DNA of 32,000 bases, from positions 330,001-362,000 of the forward strand of contig LYOS01000001.1 in NCBI GenBank assembly GCA_001766815.1. The letters are read 5' to 3'. The translations under genes and the position numbers were made by a program. The notes under the pieces are model-generated. The model ran no database searches. It was given only the letters and a program-made list of their open reading frames with translations, and was not told the DNA's origin. The DNA is from Candidatus Syntropharchaeum caldarium. Lineage in GTDB: Archaea; Halobacteriota; Syntropharchaeia; Syntropharchaeales; Syntropharchaeaceae. Below, piece after piece: positions 1 to 8,785 of this stretch; position 1 is the stretch's first letter, and each line of letters begins with the position of its first letter.

Positions 1-356
1 TCGAAGATCAGGGCACCCTGAAACCTGATCCGTTTGCTGATGACCAGGCGATTGCAATAAAGACCAGTGACGGGCTTATTATAATTCTTGGATGTGCACA
101 CAGCGGGATGGTCAACACAATAGCACAGTTGATCGAACTCACCCGCGAAGATCGCATCCACACCATCATCGGCGGCACCCATCTCATGTTTGCAGAAAAA
201 AGGCAGATTGAAGCGAGTATAAAGTATCTTAAAAGTATAGAGGTTGGAAAGATAGGTGTTTCGCACTGCACGGGTCATGAGGCATCGAATCGGCTCAAAG
301 AGGCCTTTGGAGATCGATTCTTCATGAACAATGCAGGGTCCGTGATCGAGATCTAA
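1..356 (+). CDS. MBL-fold metallo-hydrolase (COG1237-like), C-terminal fragment; the 5' end lies outside the window
   Basis: Frame 3 is open from the window edge: EDQGTLKPDPFADDQAIAIKTSDGLIIILGCAHSGMVNTIAQLIE..IIGGTHL..GVSHCTG. GCAHSG, GGTHL and SHCTG resemble the late metal-binding motifs of beta-lactamase-fold hydrolases. The stop is TAA at 354-356. Confidence 0.7.
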   Translation, partial: EDQGTLKPDPFADDQAIAIKTSDGLIIILGCAHSGMVNTIAQLIELTREDRIHTIIGGTHLMFAEKRQIEASIKYLKSIEVGKIGVSHCTGHEASNRLKEAFGDRFFMNNAGSVIEI

Positions 357-360
357 AAGA

Positions 361-1272
361 CTACATCACCTCACCTATCACCTCAAACTCCTCACCTATA
401 TTTGCTATTAGACTGTTAAGACGCTCTTTTTGCACCATCAGAAGGATAGCGCTTGTTGATCCAGACGATGTATCCAGTTTAACCCTGATATTCTCCTTAA
501 TCTCAATTCTGATACCATATAACTGCTCAAGATCCTCGATCTCTCGCTTGATCCCTCTGCTACCAACAGGCAGGATCTCATGGACATAATCTGATCCTGC
601 AAGTTTCATCACGGTTTCAAGCGCTATGGGATCTTTCTCAAGGATATCGCGACCAACCACTGGCCTACCGACTGCAATAACGAGATCGCCTGGCGTGATC
701 TTCCCGATCTTCAGCTCTTCTTCATCAGCGATCCCAACCACCGTGATTCCAAGTCCCGTTTCATTCGTCTCAAAGTTCTCCTCGGTATGCCCTTCAAGGA
801 TCTCAACTGTCCTGATCTTGCGTGATTCTTCTCTGATTCCGCTGAATATCGAAAGACCACTGGGGGCAAGCTCAACAGTAAGGTTACAGACAAGGGCGAT
901 TGGCGTTGCACCCACAGCAACCACCTTTATCAGCGCGGTTCGTGCCATGATTCGTCCAAGAACTCTCCCGTCGATCTGGAGTTTATCACCAGGTTTATTA
1001 CCTACACCTCCAGAGGATGTGTTTCCCAGTGTGATCACCTGCCGGTTTCTGAGTCGTAAGAGTAAGAGGTCCCTCCTTCTTGTTGCGGTGATCTCGCTCG
1101 GTTTGATCCTGAGTCCCCTTATCCCTGAGAAATTACCTACATTCTCAAGGAGTGTGAGGTAGATCGTTAACGCCTGGCGCACAACCTCGGATCTGGTTAT
1201 TCCGTTCTTCAGGGCGATCTCATCGATCTTCTCAAGCTTCTTTTCAGGAAGTCGTATATTAATCGGCTCCAT
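361..1272 (-). CDS. Ribbon-helix-helix (CopG/Arc-type) DNA-binding domain fused to a ~260-aa PurM/AIR-synthase-like domain (possibly a CblS-like small-molecule kinase)
   Basis: The ORF track gives 361..1392. I start the gene at ATG 1272 (cat at 1270-1272). From there the protein reads MEPINIRLPEKKLEKIDEIALKNGITRSEVVRQALTIYL, a typical RHH beta-alpha-alpha pattern. The 40 upstream codons run into the divergent promoter. The rest (TSSGGVGNKPGD, VAVGATPIALVCNL, ILPVGSRGI) resembles the PurM superfamily from memory only. The stop is TAG at 361-363. Confidence 0.6.
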   Translation of the reverse strand: MEPINIRLPEKKLEKIDEIALKNGITRSEVVRQALTIYLTLLENVGNFSGIRGLRIKPSEITATRRRDLLLLRLRNRQVITLGNTSSGGVGNKPGDKLQIDGRVLGRIMARTALIKVVAVGATPIALVCNLTVELAPSGLSIFSGIREESRKIRTVEILEGHTEENFETNETGLGITVVGIADEEELKIGKITPGDLVIAVGRPVVGRDILEKDPIALETVMKLAGSDYVHEILPVGSRGIKREIEDLEQLYGIRIEIKENIRVKLDTSSGSTSAILLMVQKERLNSLIANIGEEFEVIGEVM

Positions 1273-1294
1273 GAGCAAAATTAAATTGAAATGC

Positions 1295-1302
1295 TTATAT
1301 AT
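1295..1302. promoter_or_regulatory. Palindromic TATA element (TTATATAT) shared by the divergent genes at 1272(-) and 1349(+)
   Basis: It is the only TATA-like element in the 76-nt spacer. Its centre is ~26 nt from the minus-strand ATG, which would give a leaderless transcript. It is ~50 nt from the plus-strand ATG, which would give a short 5' UTR. Confidence 0.35.
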
Positions 1303-1348
1303 GTGTGGTATCAACTTCAGATGGTGGTGGATGTAATATCCGGGTAAA

Positions 1349-2341
1349 ATGTTTGGCAGACCCTCCAGAAAGAGTGAACTTGAAGCAACCATTCAGAATT
1401 TGAATGATCGGATCAAATCCCTTGAATCTGAACGAGACTCGTTGAGCAGACGGCTTGAGAAAGAAGAGAAACGGGCAAGGATGGCAGGATCTGATCTTAA
1501 AGAATGCGAAACACTGTTAAAAAAAGCAAGAGAGAAAATTACATATCTTGAAGGTGAACTTGAGCGACTTGAAGGGGCAAGCAAAAACGATAAAGCCTAC
1601 AGAGAGACATTCACGCTGACAGAGCAGGCATCGCTCGACCTTCTCTACAAAATCGGGTCGATTAAGTCTCGGAAAGAGGATCTTCTGACGATTTACCTCA
1701 AACCACAGGAGACGATAACCGATCTTGAGCATGCAGAAAGGATACCGCCTCTGGGAGATGAACTTGAGCATCTCGTAAATAAGCCTGAGTCAGATACAGG
1801 GATTGCCATATTTCGGGACACCGGCAGGATCTCTCTGAATACGTTCATCGCTATACCCGCGTTCCCGTTTGAAGCATCAAGCTGGATTATTTCTGATGCG
1901 TTCGATACCAGGCCGCTTGATGAATTGATCCAGAAAGAACGGTTCTTTTGTGTTCTGCTACCACATGCTGGGGAGACTTTCATAGGAATATTCAACCAGG
2001 ATGATCTAATCGAGGAGAGGATTGTAACAAGCAGTGTGAAGGAGAAGCATTCAAAAGGCGGATGGAGCCAGAAGCGTTTTTCCCGTCTGAGAGAGGAGGA
2101 TGTAAAAAAGCACATAAAAAAAGTGGCTGACACACTTGGAGAGATGATGAAGCAGTGGGGCGATACAATCGAGTTTATCATCGTTGGGGGTGAGTACAAT
2201 CTGGTAAAAGAGGTTCTTGCAGATTACAGCGAGATACCGATGCTTGTACGGGGAATAGATGCAAGGATTGGGCGGGATAGGGAGAGCATTGAGGAAGTCA
2301 GAGCCAAGGCGTTATCATTGAAGTGGTATGTAATCAGGTGA
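1349..2341 (+). CDS. Coiled-coil protein with an eRF1-like (Vms1/ANKZF1-type, VLRF1) domain; putative peptidyl-tRNA hydrolase / ribosome-rescue factor
   Basis: The first ~85 aa are heptad-rich (LESERDSLSRRLEKEEKRAR..LEGELERLEG). At aa 234-261, HSKGGWSQKRFSRLREEDVKKHIKKVAD parallels the eRF1 GGQ loop (GGQSxxRFxRxR). The Gln is shifted to give GxxQ (GGWSQ, nt 2057-2071), as described for Vms1-type factors. Confidence 0.6.
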   Translation: MFGRPSRKSELEATIQNLNDRIKSLESERDSLSRRLEKEEKRARMAGSDLKECETLLKKAREKITYLEGELERLEGASKNDKAYRETFTLTEQASLDLLYKIGSIKSRKEDLLTIYLKPQETITDLEHAERIPPLGDELEHLVNKPESDTGIAIFRDTGRISLNTFIAIPAFPFEASSWIISDAFDTRPLDELIQKERFFCVLLPHAGETFIGIFNQDDLIEERIVTSSVKEKHSKGGWSQKRFSRLREEDVKKHIKKVADTLGEMMKQWGDTIEFIIVGGEYNLVKEVLADYSEIPMLVRGIDARIGRDRESIEEVRAKALSLKWYVIR

Positions 2342-3272
2342 TGATATGAGATAAATTCTCCAGAAATTTGATGGATCTGGTGATCGTCTCATTCACAGGC
2401 GTGGGTATTCCATGCTCTTTACCCAGCCTGACAAAGACACCATTCAAAAAATCGATCTCTGTCTTCTTACCCTGCTCTATATCATTCAGCATCGATGACC
2501 TGTGTTTCTCGGTTGGTGGTATCTGCGCAGATCTGAGGTATTCGAGATAATCCTCTGGTTCTTCCCAGAATAGTTCAACCTTCGCTGCTGCTGCAACGCT
2601 GAAAGCCTCTGTAATCAGATCTTCAATGATCGAGAAAGCGTTTGGATCAAGCAATTTTCCGTAATTCACCCTGAAGATCGCGCTAAGTGGGTTTAATGCG
2701 GCGTTGTATAGCGCTTTTGCCCAGATATACATCTTTATATTATCTACCGCTTCTGATGGGATTCCTGCCTCGTTGAATGCTGAAACAATGGCTTTCAACC
2801 TTTCACTATCTGTATTGTTAAGCTCACCGATCTTTGTGGTGTCAGCAGCAACCGTAACCTTCACCTCTCCTGGACGCACAGTCTCAAATCCTGTGATCAC
2901 CATACCACCCATCGTACGCTCACTGCCAATATGCTCTGCTATAATCTCTTCATTACCTATACCATTTTGCAGACTGATGACAACTGTATCCTCATTTATG
3001 AATGGTTCAATCGCGCTGATCGCGGCTTCTGTATCGAAAGACTTTGTGGCAAGCAGGACGACATCGGGCACGCAGTCAGCGGGGGGTTCGGTCTGGGCGG
3101 TAATATCCTTGATGAAGTGCGTGCCCCATATACCGGTGATTTTAAGCCCGCGCTCATTTATCGGTCTCATGTATCGCTCTCTCCCGATGAGTATGACCTC
3201 GTGTCCTGCATCTGCCAGCATACCGCCAAACGCGGATCCAAGTGCACCTGCGCCCATTACAAGAAATTTCAT
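2334..3272 (-). CDS. panE: 2-dehydropantoate 2-reductase (ketopantoate reductase)
   Basis: MKFLVMGAGALGSAFGGMLADAGHEV is an N-terminal Rossmann GxGxxG. The length and overall pattern match the ApbA/PanE family. I start at ATG 3272 rather than 3317 so that the Rossmann motif sits at the N-terminus. Confidence 0.8.
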   Translation of the reverse strand: MKFLVMGAGALGSAFGGMLADAGHEVILIGRERYMRPINERGLKITGIWGTHFIKDITAQTEPPADCVPDVVLLATKSFDTEAAISAIEPFINEDTVVISLQNGIGNEEIIAEHIGSERTMGGMVITGFETVRPGEVKVTVAADTTKIGELNNTDSERLKAIVSAFNEAGIPSEAVDNIKMYIWAKALYNAALNPLSAIFRVNYGKLLDPNAFSIIEDLITEAFSVAAAAKVELFWEEPEDYLEYLRSAQIPPTEKHRSSMLNDIEQGKKTEIDFLNGVFVRLGKEHGIPTPVNETITRSIKFLENLSHIIT

Positions 3273-3331
3273 GGCTTCACATCCTTCAGTTGGTCTGATG
3301 ATAGCATGACCGGGCATGGATAAAGGTATTT

Positions 3332-5986
3332 CTACCCAACCTCCACCCCGCTGATCCTTTCCTCAATCTCGATCACCTTTATGAAAGACCCAAGAAAATC
3401 TTTCACCTCCTCGACATGTGTGATCAGAAATATCTGCCTGAAGCGTCTGGAAAGTTTCTCAAGTACACGCATTATACTCCTCTTGCGCTCTGAATCCTGG
3501 CTTCCAAAGATCTCATCGAGCACAAGGAACTCAAATCCCGCTCCTTCATCCCCACCAGATACGATATTTGAGATCGCAAGCCTCAAACACAGGTTTGCAA
3601 GGTCGGTCTCACCACCAGAGAATCGTTTGAGATCGTAATAACGTCCTGAATCCTGTATCATAATATCATAGGCTTCACCGATCTCTATACCGTTATATCG
3701 CCCCTCTGTAAGGTCTGAAAAGAGCGTTGAGGCATAATCAGAGAGAAACGGTCTGATCGAGGAGATCATATGCGCCTCAAAATGCTTGAATATCTCCTCG
3801 AGCCGTACCATCGATGCAACCTCTGCTTTAAGCTCATCCATCAGATTGATCAGGCGATTCTGCTCTTTAATCCCTTCTTCTATCGATTTAAGCTCGTATT
3901 CAACGAGTGAAAGCTCATTATTGATCAATGCCATATTTTGCTCAAGTTTGTGGCATTCACGCTCCACTTCCTCTTCATTCTTTCTCAGTCTCTCGTATTT
4001 CTCTTTATCAAATCCGATTGCATCGATCTCTTTTTTGATAGATAATATATGCGCTTCAATCTCACTTATCTCGACTTTAAGATCTTTGAATGTGTTTTTA
4101 AGCTCATCAAGTCGCTTAACTTCTGCTTTGAGTCCAATAATTTCATTGAAACTCTTTTCAAGTTCTTTGAATCTCAGAACAACCGCTGAAAGCGAATCTT
4201 CCAGGGATTCTACACCACGTCTGTATTCACGCTTTTTAACAGCTATATCCTCAATCTCGTCGTTCAATTCACCTATTCTCTGTTTTACGCGTACTATCTC
4301 ACTGTTCAGAATATCGAACGTCTCATTGAGGTTTGATCTCGCATCAACTCTGCCTTTGAGCCGTTGATATTCATCCCTTATCTCTTGAATCTCAGCCTTT
4401 CCTTCGATCCCGTGATCTCCACCAATTGATGCCATGATAGCAGACTCCTCATCCGCGATTGCTGTAAGCCTGCGGCTGGTGGTTTTAAAGAGGTCAAGAT
4501 TTAATCTTATCGTGTGAAGATCGAGTGAGCTGAGTCTGGCTATGCGTTCCCGCACGTCTCCAAGCTCATCGTTGATACGCTCTTGTTCATCCAGCATACG
4601 ATCAATTATTCGCTGCTTCTCGCGATCATCGAGTGCTCTGCTGCATGTTGGACACACACCTGTGATCGTTTCAACTCGTCTGATCCTTCCTGTTAGATCT
4701 TTCAACCTTGTTGAGAGGATAATTTCTTTCTTTTGCAGGGTTTTAAGCTCGTTTTCAAATTCTTCAAGCTCTTTCTCGCTGATCGTAAGATCGAGTGCAT
4801 CAATTTTTTCTTTGAGTTTATCCCGTTCTTCCCTCAGCTTCATAAGCTCCTCAAGTTCCTGAATAACATCGACAATCGGTTGAAGCCTCAGAAGTTTTGA
4901 ATCCGCTTCTTTCAACGCCTTGAGTTCGAGATAGATCTCTTCTTTCTGGAGGCTCATCTCCTTAAGCCTCTTCTGGAGGTGTTCGACCTCTTTTAAACGT
5001 TCAAATTCCGCTCGTTTGATCTTATCATAGCTTTCCTGTGCCATCCTGAGCTCATTCTCAAGCCTCTCTTTCTTCTCGCCAAACTCATGATATCGCTTTT
5101 CATCATCAGCAATTGAATCAAGCCGTTTCTTCTTTTCCAGTAGCGTGTTGATCGATCTTTCAAGTTCCTGGAGGTATCTCCGCCTGTTCTCAAGCCTTTC
5201 TCTGGCAGCGACCAGCTCCTGTTTCAGATTGTTGTGCGCTTCAAGCTTTCCTTCCATCTCCCTGACTTCTGCCTTCAGGTTCTCAAGGCGAATCTTGCAG
5301 TTATACAAAAGGTTCTTTTCTCTTTTTTGTCGCTCTATAATTTCTTTTTTTCGCTCAATGCAGCTTTTACGCTCTTTTTTTAGATTATCAAGTCTGTAAA
5401 TACCATTTTCATCGATTATCGCCTCTTTAATGCCTTCCATACGTTTCCTGTTTGCATTCTTATCAGATCTCAGCTCCTCAAGTGCTCTTTTGATGACGTC
5501 AATATTCAGCATCTTCAGAATCAACCGTTTTCGTTCCTCGGGGCCCATAAGTGATAGTGCGTTTAGTTCACGCTGTCTTGCAAAGACCGATGTGATAAAC
5601 GACTGGTGATCCAGGCCAATTATACTCTCAAGATGGGCTGTAACCTGCCGCTCTCCTTCTGCAATGACCTCGCCGTTTACCATGAGTTCTGCCTTTGGTA
5701 CCAGGTTCTGCCCGAGCATCTCTCTTTTAATCCTGTACTCATCTCTTCCAAGATAAAACTCAAGAAGAACGCCACATGGGTCGGAAGGTGCTGCACCTAT
5801 TCGTTTAATCTGTTCTTTTTTTGTTCTTGATGCAGGATGTCCGTAAATTGCCCATGCGATTGCCTCGATAAGTGTTGACTTCCCTACCCCATTTTGCCCT
5901 ATAATACCAATGACACCATCCGGGAACTCAACTGCAACCTCTCTGAATCTCCGAAAGTTCCAGAGTTTAAGTGATCTCAGGTGCAT
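3332..5986 (-). CDS. rad50: Rad50-type SMC-like DNA repair ATPase
   Basis: Walker A is GQNGVGKST and the Q-loop is FARQRE. Long Glu/Lys/Leu coiled coils flank a central zinc hook CPTC (aa 445-448, nt 4643-4654). The signature motif is FSGGE, Walker B is FLVLDE, and the His-loop is LITH. Confidence 0.85.
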   Translation of the reverse strand: MHLRSLKLWNFRRFREVAVEFPDGVIGIIGQNGVGKSTLIEAIAWAIYGHPASRTKKEQIKRIGAAPSDPCGVLLEFYLGRDEYRIKREMLGQNLVPKAELMVNGEVIAEGERQVTAHLESIIGLDHQSFITSVFARQRELNALSLMGPEERKRLILKMLNIDVIKRALEELRSDKNANRKRMEGIKEAIIDENGIYRLDNLKKERKSCIERKKEIIERQKREKNLLYNCKIRLENLKAEVREMEGKLEAHNNLKQELVAARERLENRRRYLQELERSINTLLEKKKRLDSIADDEKRYHEFGEKKERLENELRMAQESYDKIKRAEFERLKEVEHLQKRLKEMSLQKEEIYLELKALKEADSKLLRLQPIVDVIQELEELMKLREERDKLKEKIDALDLTISEKELEEFENELKTLQKKEIILSTRLKDLTGRIRRVETITGVCPTCSRALDDREKQRIIDRMLDEQERINDELGDVRERIARLSSLDLHTIRLNLDLFKTTSRRLTAIADEESAIMASIGGDHGIEGKAEIQEIRDEYQRLKGRVDARSNLNETFDILNSEIVRVKQRIGELNDEIEDIAVKKREYRRGVESLEDSLSAVVLRFKELEKSFNEIIGLKAEVKRLDELKNTFKDLKVEISEIEAHILSIKKEIDAIGFDKEKYERLRKNEEEVERECHKLEQNMALINNELSLVEYELKSIEEGIKEQNRLINLMDELKAEVASMVRLEEIFKHFEAHMISSIRPFLSDYASTLFSDLTEGRYNGIEIGEAYDIMIQDSGRYYDLKRFSGGETDLANLCLRLAISNIVSGGDEGAGFEFLVLDEIFGSQDSERKRSIMRVLEKLSRRFRQIFLITHVEEVKDFLGSFIKVIEIEERISGVEVG

Positions 5987-5997
5987 CCAATATCTAT

Positions 5998-7209
5998 CTA
6001 TATATCTCCTTTAAGAACCTTCTCCAGCTTTTCTGCTGCATATCGATGGTCAAACCTGGCCGCAAGTGCGATGGCATTTTTTGCAATCTGCTCCCGTTTC
6101 TTCCGATCTTTAAGGAGCATAATAACATAATCTGTAAATTTATCCCAGTCATCTGCTATCAGCATCTCTTTACCCTCCACGGGATCAATGCCAAACGCTG
6201 CAAGCGAGGTTGCAACAACGGGAAGCCCGCACGCCATTGCCTCAAGTATTTTTCCTCTGAAACCAGTTCCAAGTGTGATCGGAGCAACAAGGATGTCACA
6301 ATCCCAGTAAATCTGGCGTACATTCTCGTTGTCTCCACCCTGCTTCACGATCACATTTTCACTGCTGAAATCAAGAAGCTCCTGCGGTGGGTTTAGGCCG
6401 ACGGCATAGAATTTCGCATCAGGCACCGCTGCAATCACTCGATCCCAGCAGTAGTTCATGAAGTTCAGGACAGCATCAACATTCGGGTAATGCTCAAAGT
6501 TCCCAAGATACAGGATGTTGTTGGTGCCCCGTTCAATCCTGTTATAATCAGGTGGATGGTAGAAGCTGGTATCAACTCCATGCGGTACGATCCTGATCTT
6601 ATCTTTCAATACAGGCGCACGATCAGCGAGATATTCTCCGTCCTCTCTTGTCAGGCACAGGACTCTGTCAGCAGCGGCGTACATCCGTAAGAGTTCATAC
6701 TCGCATAGCTCTTTTATCACTTCCAATTCTATCTTCTCACCTCGCTCACGCCGCAGTTCAAATGCCTTTGTATAACACTCATGCACCGAGATCACTTTCA
6801 GTGTATCAGGCGGGATGATCTCCTGGTTTGCTTCGATATACTGTCCCATCATCGAATATTCTGCGATTACAGCATCAAAATGATCTTCTTGAAGAAGGTT
6901 TATGAACGCATCCTCGATACCCTGCAGGAACCCACCATCACCAGTTAAGAAGAATTTCGGGCGATTGAGCCTTCTGTAAAGTTCTTCTACCTCCTCAGGG
7001 GTTCTATTCTTATTTGATTCAACAAGGATGATTCTATCAGTGAACGGTTCGAGGCTACGATCGTTACGATCCGCATCACTGTAAGAAGGGGCTATGATGG
7101 ATATCCTGTGTCCCATTGCAGAGAGATTCTTGATCCTGTGGTAGATCAGGATCGGTCCACCTATAATATCTGCTCTTGGAAGAAGTTTTGGTAGAAACAG
7201 AAGATTCAC
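5998..7209 (-). CDS. Group 1 (GT4, GT-B fold) glycosyltransferase
   Basis: The C-terminal region GTGFRGKILEAMACGLPVVAT is typical of the GT4 nucleotide-sugar-binding region. The GTG start at 7209 overlaps the upstream stop (GTGA). Confidence 0.8.
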   Translation of the reverse strand: MNLLFLPKLLPRADIIGGPILIYHRIKNLSAMGHRISIIAPSYSDADRNDRSLEPFTDRIILVESNKNRTPEEVEELYRRLNRPKFFLTGDGGFLQGIEDAFINLLQEDHFDAVIAEYSMMGQYIEANQEIIPPDTLKVISVHECYTKAFELRRERGEKIELEVIKELCEYELLRMYAAADRVLCLTREDGEYLADRAPVLKDKIRIVPHGVDTSFYHPPDYNRIERGTNNILYLGNFEHYPNVDAVLNFMNYCWDRVIAAVPDAKFYAVGLNPPQELLDFSSENVIVKQGGDNENVRQIYWDCDILVAPITLGTGFRGKILEAMACGLPVVATSLAAFGIDPVEGKEMLIADDWDKFTDYVIMLLKDRKKREQIAKNAIALAARFDHRYAAEKLEKVLKGDI

Positions 7210-8447
7210 TTTTTCTCACATCCTTTCCCCTCTATAATTGCCTGCATCTCTGATCTGACCTCTGTATTTCCTGTGTATTCCATCATATCCTGCCATAAGC
7301 GCTGTATCTCGCAGAGGTGATCGAATGGATTATAAGCAGGTATGGCATCGGTTCTTGCAAGTTCAATATTTTTTAGCGCTTCTTCACTATCTTTTCTGGA
7401 CCCAGATGATAGGTATTCTTCGGATAAAAGTTTGCATGCCTTCTCGATCTTCTCAAAGAGATCCTCTTTCAGGAAACAGCCTGGATATGGGTCAAATTGC
7501 TCCGGGGTAATTCGGGTCAATCCCTCAATATCTTTCTGACCATCAATCTTCGCTTTTTCATAGACGAATCGGTATATGTCTTCTCTTAACTGTTTCCAGG
7601 TTGGATGTGGCTTTGGTGGCGGTAGGTGCTTGATTGAAAGCTCATTATCCAGGAAAAAATCAAATCCAAAGATCTTTGCGTTCATCAAATAGTCAATATC
7701 CTCTCCCCGTGTAACCCCTGGATCAAATGGTACAACCGTGAAAAGATCCCGATGAATGATCATATTTCCACCAAATACAAATGGTGTCACCTTCAATCTT
7801 GGTCCAGTTCCGATAAACAAATCAAAAGCTTCATTCATCCGCGCATGCTTATCCCAGTAATCCATCCATGGACGATGCTCTCTCCTGACATGATAATCCC
7901 CATCCTCCTGTAGATAATAACCTGCCACCGCATTGACAGGCTCACCCTCAAACTCACTACCGATGAACTCCTGTGCCTTCCCGATAAAGTCAGGATCCTC
8001 GAAAACCTCATCATCATCGATCAGGAGTGCAAGCTCTGAGCCGAGTATGTGCGGGATGAATATACAGAGATTTCTGATATTGGAATATCCCCTTAATTTG
8101 AGAAGCTCGGTGTACTCTTTCTTTCCGTTTGCTCTCAGTAGCTCGTGTATTTGTTTGAGGTGCGACGGCCCAAAAACGAGAACATCGAGATCGGTCTTCG
8201 CTGATGCTTCGATGACGATCCCTTTAACTTTCTTCTCGACCTCTGCCTCAATCTCGGGTGATGTTGCAACAGCGATTATCACAAGCCTGAAATCTTTATC
8301 GTTGAGTATCGCTGTACTTGCTATCGCTCTTCCGAGTGTCCCCTCCTGATCAAGAGGAACTGGGTGATCATAAATCGCATCCCCCTCTCTCCAACCATCT
8401 GCTTCTTTTCTCCCCCAGTAAGATGGGATCACCATTGTAAGTTTCAT
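7206..8447 (-). CDS. Putative GT-A-fold glycosyltransferase (family not recognised)
   Basis: The N-terminus MVIPSYWGR, the DxD-like motif LLIDDDEVF and the later motif TRGEDIDY fit a GT-A architecture. The gene is translationally coupled to the GT4 gene. There is a strong SD upstream. Confidence 0.5.
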   Translation of the reverse strand: MKLTMVIPSYWGRKEADGWREGDAIYDHPVPLDQEGTLGRAIASTAILNDKDFRLVIIAVATSPEIEAEVEKKVKGIVIEASAKTDLDVLVFGPSHLKQIHELLRANGKKEYTELLKLRGYSNIRNLCIFIPHILGSELALLIDDDEVFEDPDFIGKAQEFIGSEFEGEPVNAVAGYYLQEDGDYHVRREHRPWMDYWDKHARMNEAFDLFIGTGPRLKVTPFVFGGNMIIHRDLFTVVPFDPGVTRGEDIDYLMNAKIFGFDFFLDNELSIKHLPPPKPHPTWKQLREDIYRFVYEKAKIDGQKDIEGLTRITPEQFDPYPGCFLKEDLFEKIEKACKLLSEEYLSSGSRKDSEEALKNIELARTDAIPAYNPFDHLCEIQRLWQDMMEYTGNTEVRSEMQAIIEGKGCEKK

Positions 8448-8452
8448 TGCAC

Positions 8453-8457
8453 CCTCC
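8453..8457 (-). promoter_or_regulatory. Shine-Dalgarno GGAGG upstream of the GT-A gene
   Basis: The minus-strand mRNA reads AGGGGAGGGTGCA-ATG, with a 5-nt spacer before the ATG at 8447. Confidence 0.4.
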
Positions 8458-8468
8458 CCTTTATTTAC

Positions 8469-8783
8469 TCAATCATATTCCCGCCATGTCTTACTGCACC
8501 TGGTGCATCTGAAGAACCTGACCTCACTCTCATCAGCAGCCCTCAACTGCCTCAACCACCAGTAAGCTGTTTTGTTTCCACATTCTGGACATTTGATGGT
8601 GGTTGTCGGAAGCCCTGCAGACTCTGATCCCTCAAGAACTACGATATCATCTTCTCTGCGCTCCTCTTTTGAGACAAATAAATCTGTACACTCATTTCGC
8701 TCTTTCGTGAACCCACACTTCCTGCACCTCATCCCTGTAGGTGTGGGAATCATCATACTCCTGCATTCTGGGCAGAATTCCAT
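8469..8783 (-). CDS. tfs: Transcription factor S (TFS, transcript cleavage factor; RpoM-like)
   Basis: There is an N-terminal zinc ribbon (CPEC..CRKC) and a C-terminal zinc ribbon (CPECG..CTRCS). The acidic hairpin reads RAADESE. The protein is 104 aa. Confidence 0.9.
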   Translation of the reverse strand: MEFCPECRSMMIPTPTGMRCRKCGFTKERNECTDLFVSKEERREDDIVVLEGSESAGLPTTTIKCPECGNKTAYWWLRQLRAADESEVRFFRCTRCSKTWREYD

Positions 8784-8785
8784 CT

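Noticed and set aside
626-1162. 178-aa + strand ORF antisense to the RHH/PurM-like gene, and similar antisense ORFs at 2704-3309, 7933-8349 and 10448-11023
   Set aside because: All are Ser/Pro-rich and lack motifs. All lie opposite genes with clear family signatures (panE, GT-A, aEF-2).
3786-5399. Several 66-193-aa Ser/Leu/Phe-rich ORFs on the + strand inside rad50 (e.g. 3786-4367, 4542-4862, 5145-5399)
   Set aside because: They are the reverse-complement shadow of the Glu/Lys/Leu-rich Rad50 coiled coil (GAA/AAG/CTC read backwards). They are low-complexity with no start context. The minus-strand rad50 gene fully explains the region.
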